NCBI GenBank assembly: GCA_004022145.1
Contig: RCNU01000007.1
DNA from: Paecilomyces variotii
Taxonomy: Eukaryota
Length of the DNA stretch: 64,000 nt
Strand: one strand, 5' to 3'
Under the pieces are notes generated by a model. That model had not been told where the DNA came from, did not search any database, and was given only the letters and a program-made list of their open reading frames with translations. Position 1 is the first letter of the stretch; every line of letters begins with the position of its first letter. A program made the position numbers and the translations under genes. This document shows positions 12,382-24,849 of this stretch, piece after piece.

Positions 12382-13347
12382 ATGGCGATCACGTAAATAC
12401 TCTATCCTGCTGCCACTACCGACTGATCGTTACTAACGTGTTCTGCAGCTATCTCATCCTTCTGTCAAGACAAGGCAAAGTGGTACGTCTCGTGGCCCAC
12501 CGCACTACTTGCCCCGTTGACTCCAGCTCACCAAACAAATTCTTTCCAGCGCCTTGCCAAATGGTTCACCACTCTTTCTCCTAAGGAGAAGGCCAAGATT
12601 ATCAAAGATGTCACTCAGCTCGTTCTGTCACGACGGACGCGCATGTGCAACTTCCTCGAATACAAAGGTAGGCATGCTGGAATTGTTATTGACTGGACTC
12701 GACTTATTCGTTCACCAGACTCAAAGATAGTGTACCGACGTTATGCCTCCTTATTCTTTATCGCCGGTTGCGCCTCGACCGATAATGAACTGATTACACT
12801 CGAGATCGTGCATCGTTACGTGGAGCAGATGGACAAGTACTATGGCAATGTGTGCGAGCTAGACATCATCTTCAACTTTCAGAAGGCATATTTCATCCTA
12901 GATGAACTACTGTTGGCCGGGGAGATGCAGGAGAGCAGCAAGAAGAACGTGCTAAGGTGCATCAGCCAGCAGGACAGCCTGGAAGATATGGAGGTGAGTG
13001 AGATGTGATTTCTCTTTTGGCGCCGAGAGATGCATCGCGGACTCTGTTGTGATCAGTCGGAGGGATGCTGGCCTTGCTACATCTTCATCCTGGTTACTGT
13101 ACAGCTCGGTTCCAGATGCCTCATGTCCTTTTTGGCATACATTTCTTCCGGTTGTGTCCTGCTTGGTTCCCTGATCACTGGTCTTGCTGTTTCTATCTGC
13201 TTCCACCCGTGTCGTCTTCCACAGGCTCCCTTTCTTGGTGGAGTCGAGTCCTGTCAATGGAATAGCTCATTAGCACAATTTCGACACCGAGCTAATCTCC
13301 GTTGCGCACCTCAGGTCGAGGAAGATGTTGTGACCAAGATTATGTGA
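12382..13347 (+). CDS. APS1: AP-1 adaptor complex sigma subunit (156 aa)
   Basis: Exons 12382-12392, 12449-12482, 12550-12667, 12719-12993, 13315-13347. Reads [49 protein letters not shown]. Confidence 0.95.
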
Positions 13348-13845
13348 TTATCCGCCGGCGGATGTGTCTTGCGTTTCTTCTTTATGCTACGCGGTGGATT
13401 ACGGGCGTTGGACATACATAGGCGTTTCATTACCTACTTGACTGTCACTAATTGAGAGACGTTCTACTGCTTTCAGGACACAGAGGAGATCCTTGCGAAC
13501 ATGAAAGAATTGGGTATCCGGTAAGACCGGCCAGGCCTGGGAGGAGCCAAAGGCATTCCATGACGTTGAGCGATCGCATCCGTGCTGGCCCATTGTCTGC
13601 TCTCCTCCAGTGTCGCTTCCGGTCGTGGAGTGTGAAGTAATCGCGCCATATCAGTGGTCCAGGCCGCAACCACGTGATGGATCTCCCCTCGGCTGTCGCA
13701 ACCGCGCATCTCCACCCCGTGATCGTATCACCTCCCATATCTTATCCCCTGTCCCTGCTGTGTCTTCCATCTCCTATCTTCTCCATGGCCCTGTCCATCA
13801 GATTTTCTGTTTGTTAGATACACTTGTGATTTGCCAGTCGATCGC

Positions 13846-13997
13846 GTAAGCGTTGTCCTTGCAGCCAGCCTGGAAAGCCTTATCGCCGATCGTCGCGCTA
13901 CAACCGGCTATCAACGACACTACAACTTCCCGGGATTCACAACCAGGCGCGCAGCAGCCAGCTGTTTCGCTGACGATATTCTTGTCGCATCTATCAG
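13846..13997 (+). other. probable 5'-UTR intron of MAF1
   Basis: GTAAGC donor at 13846, GCTGAC branch at about 13969, CAG acceptor at 13997. Lies upstream of the MAF1 ATG with no coding exon before it. Confidence 0.55.
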
Positions 13998-14128
13998 ATC
14001 ATCTATCAGTTGCGACTTGATCTCCCGACTTCACATATTCTGGTGTGATCCCGCCTTGATTGCTTCACCGCTTGTCCGATAAGCCACGTCACCAGTCATT
14101 GCAGGATAACAGTTGCAGACTCACCAAC

Positions 14129-15205
14129 ATGAAGGTTGGTAACAATAGTCTCACAGAGAATCAACGATGATTGCACTGGTCTTGGAGCTTTTTAACTGAC
14201 ATATGGCACGTCCAGTTCCTACCTCTTCGCGAGTTTGAGGACGTCACGGGTGCTCTCAATTTCGACACGGTGGACTGCCACGTCGTTGGAGGATGCGATC
14301 TCTACACTACAAAGGCAGCTGGGGGAGACCGGAAACTATACAAGAACATCGAACAGTCATTGGAATCCCAGTACGAGAGCTTGTTGCGCCTCTCGGCATC
14401 ACTGTCTCCGCCGAACGCGTCCGACGCGGCAATCTCCCTCAACCTTTCGAGATCGAGTCCCTTTGGGCCCTTGAGCGAGCACTCCAGTCGACGCACCTTT
14501 GCGTATCTTATCGCAACACTCAATGCGAGTCATCCTGACTACGATTTCTCTCACATCCTGCGCCCGACCGACTTCCGCCGCGAAAGGAGCCTCAAGAGGG
14601 TCATGAATACCATTGATACTACGCTTTTCAACCTCAAGCCTCGTCTTACAAGCGACCGGACTCCTCCGTCTCCCACGACCACCACAGCCCCATATGCTCC
14701 AGATGCTACTCCCACATGGGGGCCGAGGATGTGGCGGATAATCGACGAGCAAATGTCCTTGAAGGAATGTGCCGTATATTCGTACTCTCCGGAAGAAGAT
14801 CCATCAGATGCAGATGACGGTGCTATTTGGAGTCTGAACTACTTCTTTTTCAACAAGAACCGAAAGCGCGTCTGTTACATCTATCTCCGGGGGATCAGTA
14901 TTCTCAGCCATTCTCCTCCAGATGGGACTGAAACACCGGTTGGCAAAAGGACAGTTGACGATGGTTACTTGACCCCTGACCTTGGAGCGCGGAAACGCGC
15001 TAGGTACTGGCTCGGTGAGCGTCCCGGTTTCAGGAACAAGGACCCATACGATCATGAAGCAGTTACTCAAACCCCAGATCGCCGTGAGTCCGTTGACGAA
15101 TATGACAATTACGTCCTGAGCGATGAAGACTTCAGGTCAAGATCTGGAAGTAATGGCGCAGTACGTGCCATGAGCGAGGAGATAGCCGATTCGATGGAAG
15201 TTTAA
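14129..15205 (+). CDS. MAF1: RNA polymerase III repressor Maf1
   Basis: ATGAAG micro-exon 14129-14134, intron 14135-14215, then FLPL..GGCDLYTTKAAGGDRKLYK, FAYLIATLNASHPDYDFS and WSLNYFFFNKNRKRV. Confidence 0.95.
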
Positions 15206-16592
15206 GTATCCTTATTTACGTCTGCCATTCATATGAACCTGAAACGGACCCCAAGCGGTGTACGCTGCAGGAGCTACTTGATACACGGTTGCGGTCCGTT
15301 TCTTGCCTTTTGAAATGCGTGCTGGAAACACGGGCGTTCGGCGGTTGGTGGGAGCGGCCGTCTGAACCATTGACTACAACTACTCTTTCTTTTCTTTCTA
15401 GTTCTTGTGATACCATGATTTATGCATTAGTGGCACACGCCGCGAAGTAATGGGAGTCCATTATAATGGTGGGGTCAATGGGCATTTGGAGGCTGGCTGG
15501 AGCGGCGTTGGTGCTTGTTAATGCAACGTTGTACGTGTATATGTGTCTTTTTCCCATCTTTCCTATCGTCGTTTCGTTGGGGGCCGATGGAAATCGAACT
15601 CTAGCTTGCCTTTCCTAAGTCTACAACTCGATATGATTCTTGAATGTACAAATTCTTAACTCATTGAAAGAGAGCATATTCCATCATAACATTGTTACGG
15701 ACTAACGGAGCGTGCGGAGTAAAGAAGCGTGAAATCGCACTTCGAATCGGGTATTCTTCCGATCTATCTGATAAGAGGCTGACGCGTCTTGCTCTTGCCG
15801 ACTGCTCCGCCCATGTCATGATATCATCGTCATAATTAGCAATTCGTCGGATTCTTTCTCTCACGGTCAACTTCTGGATTTCTCACCTCTTCTCCTCCTA
15901 AACCCTTAATCTTCACAATGAAATGACTCCACGACAGTAGCTTCATCTCATGCTCAAAATAAACTTACAGACAGACTGTAAACTAACATCACCATACACG
16001 CATAATGAAGCAGTATCGATCTCATGGTAGAACTCCATGCCAGTTGCTGTTGGTTCGCGCAGAGCGTGTACTGAATGGCCAATGCAAAACACACAATCCC
16101 ATCTAAGCATATACGTCTCTTCCAAACCACCTCCACGAATAGGCGTCTATCATAGATGGAAAATCAAAGATTGTAGACAATTCTATCATCTCTACTCAGA
16201 CTCGCTGATCTAGCTTCCTACACAGGATGGGCCATCTTCATCAGTGAGCCTCATTCGAGAGTGATACAGTCGGGCAATAGTTAACCAAAGAGTTCATGCT
16301 CCTGTGGCGTAACTAATGCGGCTCGTTTGCCACGGTAAATTCGCGTAGATCAGCTGTCGATCAGGTACAGTCAGGTACAATAAAACCCAAATCCCAGTTT
16401 CCATGTGCGATGGACGATGTGTGATGGGGCTATATCCTGAGTCACAATCTATAGCCAAGTGGGCGGTCGAAGCTACCCCGCGATAGATGCAGTCTAGCGA
16501 TAAGAGCCCTGAGCAAATAGCCACTACTCACTTTAATGTCAGTAGGATTTTCCTATGCGATCTTACTACCTGTCTAGACTAGGTAGACAACA

Positions 16593-18152
16593 ATGTCCAC
16601 TCATCAGGGACCGATCCCTGTGTCGGACTCAACCCTGCCCTTCTGGCGGACGTCACCCCATGGACTAGACAAACACCGCTCCACGCCAGATCTTCCCACA
16701 GAGTGCGACATCCTCATCGTTGGAGCCGGGTTCTCAGGAGCTTCCTTGGCTTATCACATCTACGATGGCAACCCATCTCCGCCATCTGTGCTGATTCTGG
16801 AGGCACGTGAAGCATGTTCTGGAGCAACAGGTCGGAATGGTACGCTCAAAATGACCTCTCTTCCTTTCGAAATCATAGTCGTGAGTTCACAAATAGATGG
16901 CTCACTAGGTTCATAGGAGGACATATAAAACCAGACATATTCTACAGTATTCCGAAAAACTCCAAGAGATACGGACCAAAAGCAGCATCCCAGCTAGCTC
17001 GGTTCGAAGCATCCCAGTTGACCGCGATCAAGAATCTGGTACAAAAAGAACAGATAGATTGCGATTTCGTCCTGACCAGAACATGCGATGCTATCATAGA
17101 TCCAAGCGTGGCTAAGGATGCAGAAAAGGCGTTCCACGACTTAATACAAGAGGGTACAGCCGACTTGGACGATGTTCAGTTTATATCGGGGAAGTATGCT
17201 GAGAGGGTGAGAAAAGGATTATATCCTCCAGTGCGGCATTTGCTGATAGGTCTTTTTTTTTTCTAGATCTCAGGGGTAAAGGGAGCTGTGGCTTGTTTTA
17301 CCTTCACAGCAGGCCACCTCTGGCCGTATAAACTGGTAATGCATTTACTGAACTCCGTCATCAAGAGGGGAGCCAACTTACAGACCATGACTCCTGTGAT
17401 TGAAGTATCTGATCGTCCGCTCCCTGGCGGCCGATGGCTCGTAAAGACAGAGAGAGGAAATGTAAAAGCAAGGAAAGTGATATTTGCGACTAACGCATAT
17501 ACGTCGCGACTGGCGCCGGAGTTCAGCAATAAGATCATCCCAGTGAGAGGTAACTGCAGCCGGATAGTGGTTCCAGAAGGGAAATCTATTCCTTACCTCC
17601 CATTCACCTACTGCATTCGGTACACACCCTCGCTCTATGACTACTTGATTCCACGGCCAGATGGAAGCATCGTAGTCGGTGGCGGTCGATTTAGCTTCTG
17701 GCGCGATATACCACAATGGTACAACGTGGCGGATGACAGCAAACTTATCGAATCCGGGAAAGATTACTTCAACGGCCTTATGCAAAGGACATTTGTCGGC
17801 TGGGAAGACAGCGATGCATATACGGATAAAGTGTGGTCAGGCAGTATGTCGTACGGATTGATATAACTACGAGGTTCTCTTGCTGACCGTGGTTACAGTT
17901 ATGGGAGAAAGTTCCGATCTGATGCCCTATGTCGGTCATGTGCCTGGCAAGGAAGGACAGGCCATATTGGCTGGTTTCTCTGGGCACGGGATGCCTGTGA
18001 TCTTCCTTGCGGCGAAAGGACTGGTGCAGATGCTTTGTGATGGGAAGTCATTCGAGGAGACGGGACTTCCTCCGATGTTCGAGGTTACGGAAGAACGCAT
18101 GGAAAGCGAGAAAAATGAGATCTTGGATGATCTCCCAACTCCGTCGACATGA
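16593..18152 (+). CDS. FAD-dependent oxidoreductase (DAO / glycine-D-amino-acid oxidase superfamily)
   Basis: IVGAGFSG and LEAREACSGATGRNGGH across intron 16840-16916. Further introns 17207-17266 and 17844-17898. Later motifs GHLWPYKL, VIFATNAYT and AGFSGHGMP. Confidence 0.9.
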
Positions 18153-18529
18153 TTGTAGCCAGTGTTCAAGCAGGTATGGTCTTATCTAACGATCAATGAA
18201 CGTTTTAGGATATACTCACATTCGCAAGGGTAGATCTGCCTTTATATGTTGATATTGTAGGAATTTCAATGCGAACGCTCTAACCTTGTTGACTCGTGCC
18301 GCAATCCCCAAACCCTAAAGAAAGCTTTGCCTCCTCCTCCTGACGTAAGTAATACTCATTATGGCGAATCCTCTTGTTCCAAATTGATTAGTACTCCCAT
18401 AATCTCTAGCAAACTGGTAATTGCGATGATGATAAAGCCATATATTATACCATCTTAGCACTCCATACAGCAGGAACACTATCTCAATATAAAAAACCTT
18501 AAACTACAAACAACATCTACGAAAAGGCC

Positions 18530-19179
18530 ATGCGCAACTTGATGCCGAAATATCTCTTTCCATATCGTTTCCCTTTCTCTCGCTATCACCTTATCCAGTC
18601 CCGATCATACAGTGTTCCCATCAGCGCTGCTGACAGAAATTATAACGCGCCCGTCAGCTCTGCGGAACAGACAGCTGAGATAGTCCCCCCGAAAGATTTC
18701 GCCTGTATTTTTCTGATTTCTACATTAATTCCAAGTTTTGGAAACTGACCGTAACTCCAGACCAAAGAAAGCCAGATGAACGTCCCATCAGCCCCGAAGA
18801 GAAAACGGAGGAAATTATTCCTAGTTCAAAACCCCCAGGTAGGATACCTAATCTAATAACTATCCGCGATGTCTCATTTGAAACAAACCCGTTTTAACGC
18901 ATAGTTCCAGAACAAAAAGAGGACGGAAGGACCAGATATGCAGGAGACATTGGTCTACGAGAGGTCTCCCCGCTCGCGATGCTTCTTCTAGCGGGAGGCG
19001 CAGCGTGTGGCGTAAGCGGTTACTTTTACCTTTCTGCGTTCGAACGAAGCCAGGACCGCGAGCTGGGACGTATTATGGCTGTTATTGATAAGCAAGATGA
19101 ATTGCAGCGGGTTAATATCGAGAAGCATGAGCGTGAAATTGGCGAGTTAAGAGAAAGGGTTGCTCGTATGGAGAAATAG
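18530..19179 (+). CDS. orphan small protein (175 aa): mitochondrial presequence-like N-terminus, one TM, C-terminal coiled coil
   Basis: Exons 18530-18704, 18761-18838 and 18905-19179 give a continuous frame with canonical phase-1 introns. Arg-rich acid-free N-terminus ending in SRSYS; TM LAMLLLAGGAACGVSGYFYL. Confidence 0.62.
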
Positions 19180-19364
19180 CGGGGGTAAACAACGGCATTT
19201 GCATATTCTCTTAGTGGGCTAGGTACGATCTACATAGATAGTCTTCTAAGAGATACGGGGTATTATTGCTTTGCTGGTAAGACTCTCCGCGTAAAGCTGG
19301 GCTGAAGGGGACGCAATAAAATCAATTATTTCTGAGGGATTTGTCAGGCCATAATACGCCATCG

Positions 19365-19388
19365 AAGAAGAAGAAGAAGAAGAAGAAG
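19365..19388 (+). repeat. (GAA)n microsatellite
   Basis: About 8 perfect GAA units in intergenic DNA. Confidence 0.85.
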
Positions 19389-19838
19389 GGATTCTTGAGG
19401 GATTCGGAGATGGTTGAGGGGAAAAAGTTACTGGAAGTTCAAATATATACTTGTATCACGTGCCGATAAGTAACAAGGCTGCGTCCGCACTATTACTTAA
19501 GCTTTTATCTGGGAAACCAACCCATAATCTGCTCACTGGGATGTATACTGTAACAGAGATAATTTTCCCCCATAGCTGTTGAGGTAAAACTCATCTTTGG
19601 CCTTGATGCAAGCATAGATAATAGCGTGGTATCATCCGATAACATTGTTCTGTTTACTGTGATAGCGGGAGGATGGTCTGTGCACCCCGACTCCGCGGAA
19701 AGCTGCCCACTCCATACCTCCGCCGCGCGCAAGGTGTCAGCTTCCCTAGACATCACCACAACATCCAGCGGCTAATCAGACAAGGGGCCAGCTCCTATAT
19801 TTATTTCATTTGAGGCCTGTTGTACCGCATAATACAGA

Positions 19839-21861
19839 ATGGCCGACGACGAGGCAAAGGCAAAGGCGGAGAAGCTCGCGGCTGCTAAGAAGAGGGTGAG
19901 CTGGCCCGTTCACAGTAGTCGGATTTTCGAACCTGTGTACTAATATAGACGCTCTTTTCTAGGTCGCGCAGCTGCAGAAGCAAAAGAAAAAATCAAGCAA
20001 GAAGAGCGCAGCTGCAGAGACAGCTGGGGACACGACACCAGCCGAGGAACCCCCTAAAGAGGATAAAGACCATGCGGCAGAAACCACGGAGAACGCAGAG
20101 AAAGAGAAGGCAGACGAGCCAGAGGAAAAGGTGGAAGAATCGGCTACGGAGCCTATGCCAGAAGCTCCTACATCTCCCGGCCCTGAGGCAGAACCAGGAA
20201 ACGTGAAAGCAGACACCGTAAGTGATGCACGTCGGAGACAGCCCTCCATCTCTGTGCAGTCTAAAATGCGATCATCTTCATTCCGCAATTCATCGATCTC
20301 CTTTGGAAGCTCCTCCCCGAACCCTCTAGCCAGCATCAAGTCGCCGCCTCTTCCTCCTTTGACTCCTGATGGTGACAGCGTACAGGAGGTTTATCGAAAA
20401 CAAGCCAGCAGAATCGAAGAACTCGAGAAGGAGAATAAGAAACTTGAGAAGGATCTTGAAGAGGCAAACGGGAGATGGAAAAAGACAGAAGAGCAACTGG
20501 AAGATCTCCGGGAGGCGAGCGTGGACGTTGCAGAACTGAAGGACAAGCTGAGCAAGGCCGAGGAGAGAGCATCGGAGGTTGATAAGTTGGTGAGTAGACA
20601 CAGAAAGACTACACGCCTTCAATTACCCAGGACTCAGCTAACTAGGTATCTGATACAGAAAGTTGAGATTTCCTCGTTACAACGCCAGAATTCGCATCTC
20701 CACAAGACACACAAATCCACAGCCAGCATAGCCGGTACATCGCAATCTCCATCGGATCTCGTGCAGCAGCTGGAATCCAAGTCTTCTACCATTGAGGCAA
20801 TGGAATTGGAGATATCTAATTTACGAGCCCAATTGAACTCTCAGTCGACCACGAGCAGCTCACATGAAGAGCAGATTTCTGCTTTGGAGGAGAAGCTCTC
20901 CCGCAGTGAAGCTGCTTTGCAGAAGACGCAAGCTGAACTCACAGATGCCAAGAATGCCCTCACACGAGCAGCTGAGAAAGCAGTTAACGAGGGCGTCAAC
21001 AAGACCTCTACGGAGACATTAATTAAGAGCCAGGAGCGCGAGATCAACGAGCTCAAGGAGGCGAAGGCTGCAGCAGACAAGAAGATTGAGACCCTTGAAA
21101 AGAAGCTCCAGGCACTGGGCAACCTACACAAGGAGTCCGAGTCTCGAAACCAGGTACGGCTGCGCGAAGCCGAAAAGGCAGAAAAGGATGTTGCCCATCT
21201 GCGGAAGAAACTGGTGACGATCGAGAACGAAAATCTACGACTCAAAGAGGAACGTGAGCGAGCACGCAAGCGAGAAGCCGTTGGCGAGGACAACGAAGGG
21301 CTTGATGAGCTGGAAGACGAAGAACGGGCGCGCCTTGAGCGAAGAGTCCGTGAGCTCGAGGGAGAAGTCTTCGACCTCCGCCGTGGAGTTTGGAAAGAGC
21401 GCCGAATAGAATTACAAGGGGAAGAAGAACATGCGATAACATCCCCGGCTGCCACCGCTGCCAATACCTTCGACGATGTAGATCTCATCGGTGGTGTTCC
21501 TGACCATTCTCGCCGCCGCAGCACCGCAGGCCGATCTCAGCATTCCTCTATAACGGCCGCTCTCTCAAGCGGTCTTGCAGCTTTCACCGGAGGAAATAAC
21601 GGATGGAATCGTCCTCCATCTCGTCAACACCCCCCAGCTACCCGAGGAAGCTTGGAACTTCTCTCCGAGAACGATGACGATTTCGACGAAGAGGCTTTCG
21701 CGCGTGCACAGGCAGAAGAAGAGTCCCGTAAGCGTGTCGAATGGGTCCGCGAGGTCAAGTCGAAGCTCAACAACTGGAAGGGGTGGCGCCTCGACCTAGT
21801 AGACAGCAGAGCCGGTGCTGAGGGCGCAGGCGTCGGCATGGGAGAGATATTCGAGATTTGA
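19839..21861 (+). CDS. coiled-coil golgin-like protein (Bug1/GM130-like; 'M protein repeat protein')
   Basis: MADDEAKAKAEKLAAAKKR|VAQLQKQKKK with introns 19896-19962 and 20590-20658. Long heptad region; hydrophobic C-terminus WKGWRLDLVD..GEIFEI. Confidence 0.8.
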
Positions 21862-22308
21862 AGGACTCTAGTATCTAGTGTCTAATGACCTATATTTTCT
21901 TTCGTGTAGTGGTCTCGGGTGGTCTGTATTATTATATATGCTTGCTGTTCATGAGGAGGACAGATTAAGTAGTTACGACATGGGTTTTTAAACGAATGAT
22001 ATCCCGCGGATTTTCTTGGATTTTTTTTTTCCACAACACAGATATCTATGGACTGATACTTTTCTCTCGATAAGGCCCAAAAAGATAAAAGGTCTTGCTC
22101 GCCTATGCCAGTTTCTTAGGTAGGTAGATAGATAGTTATAGCAATACAGAGATATCTCAAACGACGCTTGAAAAAACAACAGAACATGAAAACATAGAAC
22201 TCCACACCATTTACTCCATGCATCAATGCGCATATAATACTTCCAAAACAAGAGCATCTCCCCCAAAAAGGGAAGGAGGCGCTGATTTTATCTGAAGGCG
22301 AAGCGGTT

Positions 22309-23721
22309 TTATTCGTCATCTTCATTCGAATGTCTACCATTCAGCACTCCTTCAGACTTCCCCGTTGCTCTTCTTCGTCCCACGACTTCAACGAGCCATC
22401 CACTGAGCTGGTACAACCAACCACCCGTGACCATGACTCCAGAGACAACGTTTACTAAGCGAACAATGAGGCCGAGAAAGCTGCCGCGCTCTTCATTGAT
22501 GAGTAGCAGGATAGGTTCGATGTTGTATTTGAAAAACACGCCGGGAATATTATATGGATTTTCTGGAATAGCGTGTGACTGGCTCGTCGCGGCGTACTGG
22601 TTCGTATAGACGAGATTCCTGTTGCGGCGGGAGGATGGAGAAGGGAGGGCATCTGGTGAGATGCTGCCTTTGGAGAAGACGGTCGGGACAATGCTGACAT
22701 AGTATTGGTATCTATAGTAGTGTTGGTCGGTGGTTGACATGGTCTTGTCGAGAGGGTTGAGGATCGAGGGATAATGAGGTCCGAAGGAAAGCTCAGTGAT
22801 CATGTGTGAGAAGTTGAAAGCTATTCATGTCAACAGATCATCAGTATTTATCTCGATTAAATTGAATAGCAAACCAAGGAGCAAGTAGAACGTACTCTTG
22901 TGATCGAGATGAGCCCCGAAATCCTGGTACCCATGTCCTCTGGCGGTGATATGGAAATCACCCTGGACCTTATTCCCCTCCAGACTGCCATAGATACGAC
23001 AAGAATCAACAACATCCCCTCTCCTCAGACGCGGTCCTTTGGGGAACTTCCTCCACGGGTTCTTCCTCACTTCACCCAACACATGACGGACATGGACATC
23101 TTCCTCCTGCGCCGACAATCGCGCCGTATCTTCATTATTGAGCGTCTGGTACTCATGGATACCATGGTACATCTCCTTGTTGCGCTTGTCCATCCACAGC
23201 TTCCAACTCGTGTCCTCCCTAGTTAACATGTCACCGGCAAGGATACGGTCGCCCGCAGCGTCTTGGATATTGATCCTGACATTATTGCAGGGCATTGCGA
23301 CGACCATATCCAAATTGAGTTGTAATTCATGTGAGACACCCTTCTCGACGCTGAAGTGATGGTTCTCGTGGCCGCGGAACCAGGCGCGGAACTCGGAGAA
23401 GCTGAGAATAGTACATATTACGAGGATGACGACCGTCCATTGTCCGCCGCGTCGAGACGGAGATGTGTAGTCAGGTTTTGTCTTTGCTAGATGTATGTAC
23501 ATGCTCTGGTCAGCGGAAGCTCTATTATCGGGCGGGCGTCGATAGCAGTTGGAACTCAAAGCACCCCCGAAACCAGGCCTCACGCCACTGAATTCCAAGA
23601 TACTGAGTCAATGATATATACAGTACTTACGGAAAGCATCGAATGTCTTCAATCCAGACCCAATTCCAGCTTTCTCCCCGAAGAGATCTTCATCGAGGCC
23701 GTGCGCGGCGAACCCGTTCAT
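22309..23721 (-). CDS. ERV41: COPII vesicle ER-Golgi cycling protein Erv41 (ERGIC2 family)
   Basis: ATG 23721, introns 23630-23487 and 22895-22821. LKTFDAFPKTKP..RRGGQWT plus TM, CRIYGSLEGNKVQGDFHITARGHGY, NFSHMITELSFG, PGVFFKYNIEPI plus TM. Confidence 0.88.
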
Positions 23722-24849
23722 CGCGACGGACCAGTGCTCAGCATACAGTGGATGGAAACATGAAGAAACCGGCTGGGATGAAAAGACGCAAATAAAATTA
23801 AGGAGAGAGACCGAGGAGGGAATGCGAAGGTCAGGACCTGTGTAGCATAAGCGTCTGAAAGGCGACGTTCCTAGGGACTGTATTAGACGAGATATCAATA
23901 ATAATAAGCGCGGAGAGGCCAAGTATTCCGGAACGCGCTGCGGAACCTGCCGCGAAGTACTAGAAGCCCGCATAGAAACCCCTCCGTATTGCAAGGAGAC
24001 ATAAAACTGCTTGCGAGCTTTCCTGTCTTTCAGTTTGTGTTTATCGACCGAGATATCTGACAGTGACATGCACAAATGTCTTCCATTGCCAACCACTGTC
24101 GCGTCTTGCTTACCACTCTATGATTACTCTTCTATCTATGCTCGGTTTCTTCGAGTACGAACACTACATGCTAAGAGTAAAGCTCGTCAGCCTTTGAGGC
24201 AGTGGCCGATATCACAAATATTTCTACATATCGCAGGTTGTATGTTAAGTATTTCCAATGATAGCGGGCAGTCTCTAAGCTCGCTGTAAACGGTCAACAG
24301 TCATGCATTCACGCTCCCCTGGCGCAACAGGTCTATGCCCCTCACATACGTGATGAGCGGCAAAAATGTAACTCATACCCTTTCCCAAAAAAATATGTGA
24401 ACGAAGGCGAAAATGCTTGTACAATGATGATCAAGTAAGCGATGATTGTCAACTTACTTCCCAGGACTGTGTGATTAACAGCAAGACAGATGATGGATAT
24501 GGAAGATGAGGAACAACGGCGCAGCGTGGAAAGGGGGAACCAGGGTTCAAGAACTTCAAAGTCATAAGAGGATCACGGAGTAATTGCGCGGACCGAAAGA
24601 GAAAAAGAAAACACATTTCGCCTTTCACAACAGATGCAGGTGTTCAAACAGGGGTATAGGACGGATTCTCCCGGCGATCGATCGCTCTCTTGTCGAATCC
24701 AATTCAGTTTAATCATTACTCGGAAGGCAAAGCACTGACATCCCTAACCCGTCTATGCTGCATAATGACAGTAGAGAAGAGAACTGCAAAATCAAAACGT
24801 TTATTAAAAATGTATAAGAAAGAAAAAAGCGACTCAACGCAGCCAGCGG

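Noticed and set aside
14164-14200. Box C/D snoRNA-like words (CGATGA..CTGA) in the MAF1 intron
   Set aside because: Box C is imperfect, CTGAC is the branch site, the span is too short and there is no terminal stem.
15577-15605. tRNA-like T-loop and 3' end on the minus strand (GAGTTCGATTTCCATCGGCCCCCA) downstream of MAF1
   Set aside because: The T-stem arms do not pair and no D or anticodon arms can be folded. The B-box match is imperfect.
20841-21524. 227-aa antisense ORF, and similar long antisense ORFs over the kinase, COG4 and DUF3712 genes
   Set aside because: These are shadows of the sense-strand codon usage, with low-complexity translations.
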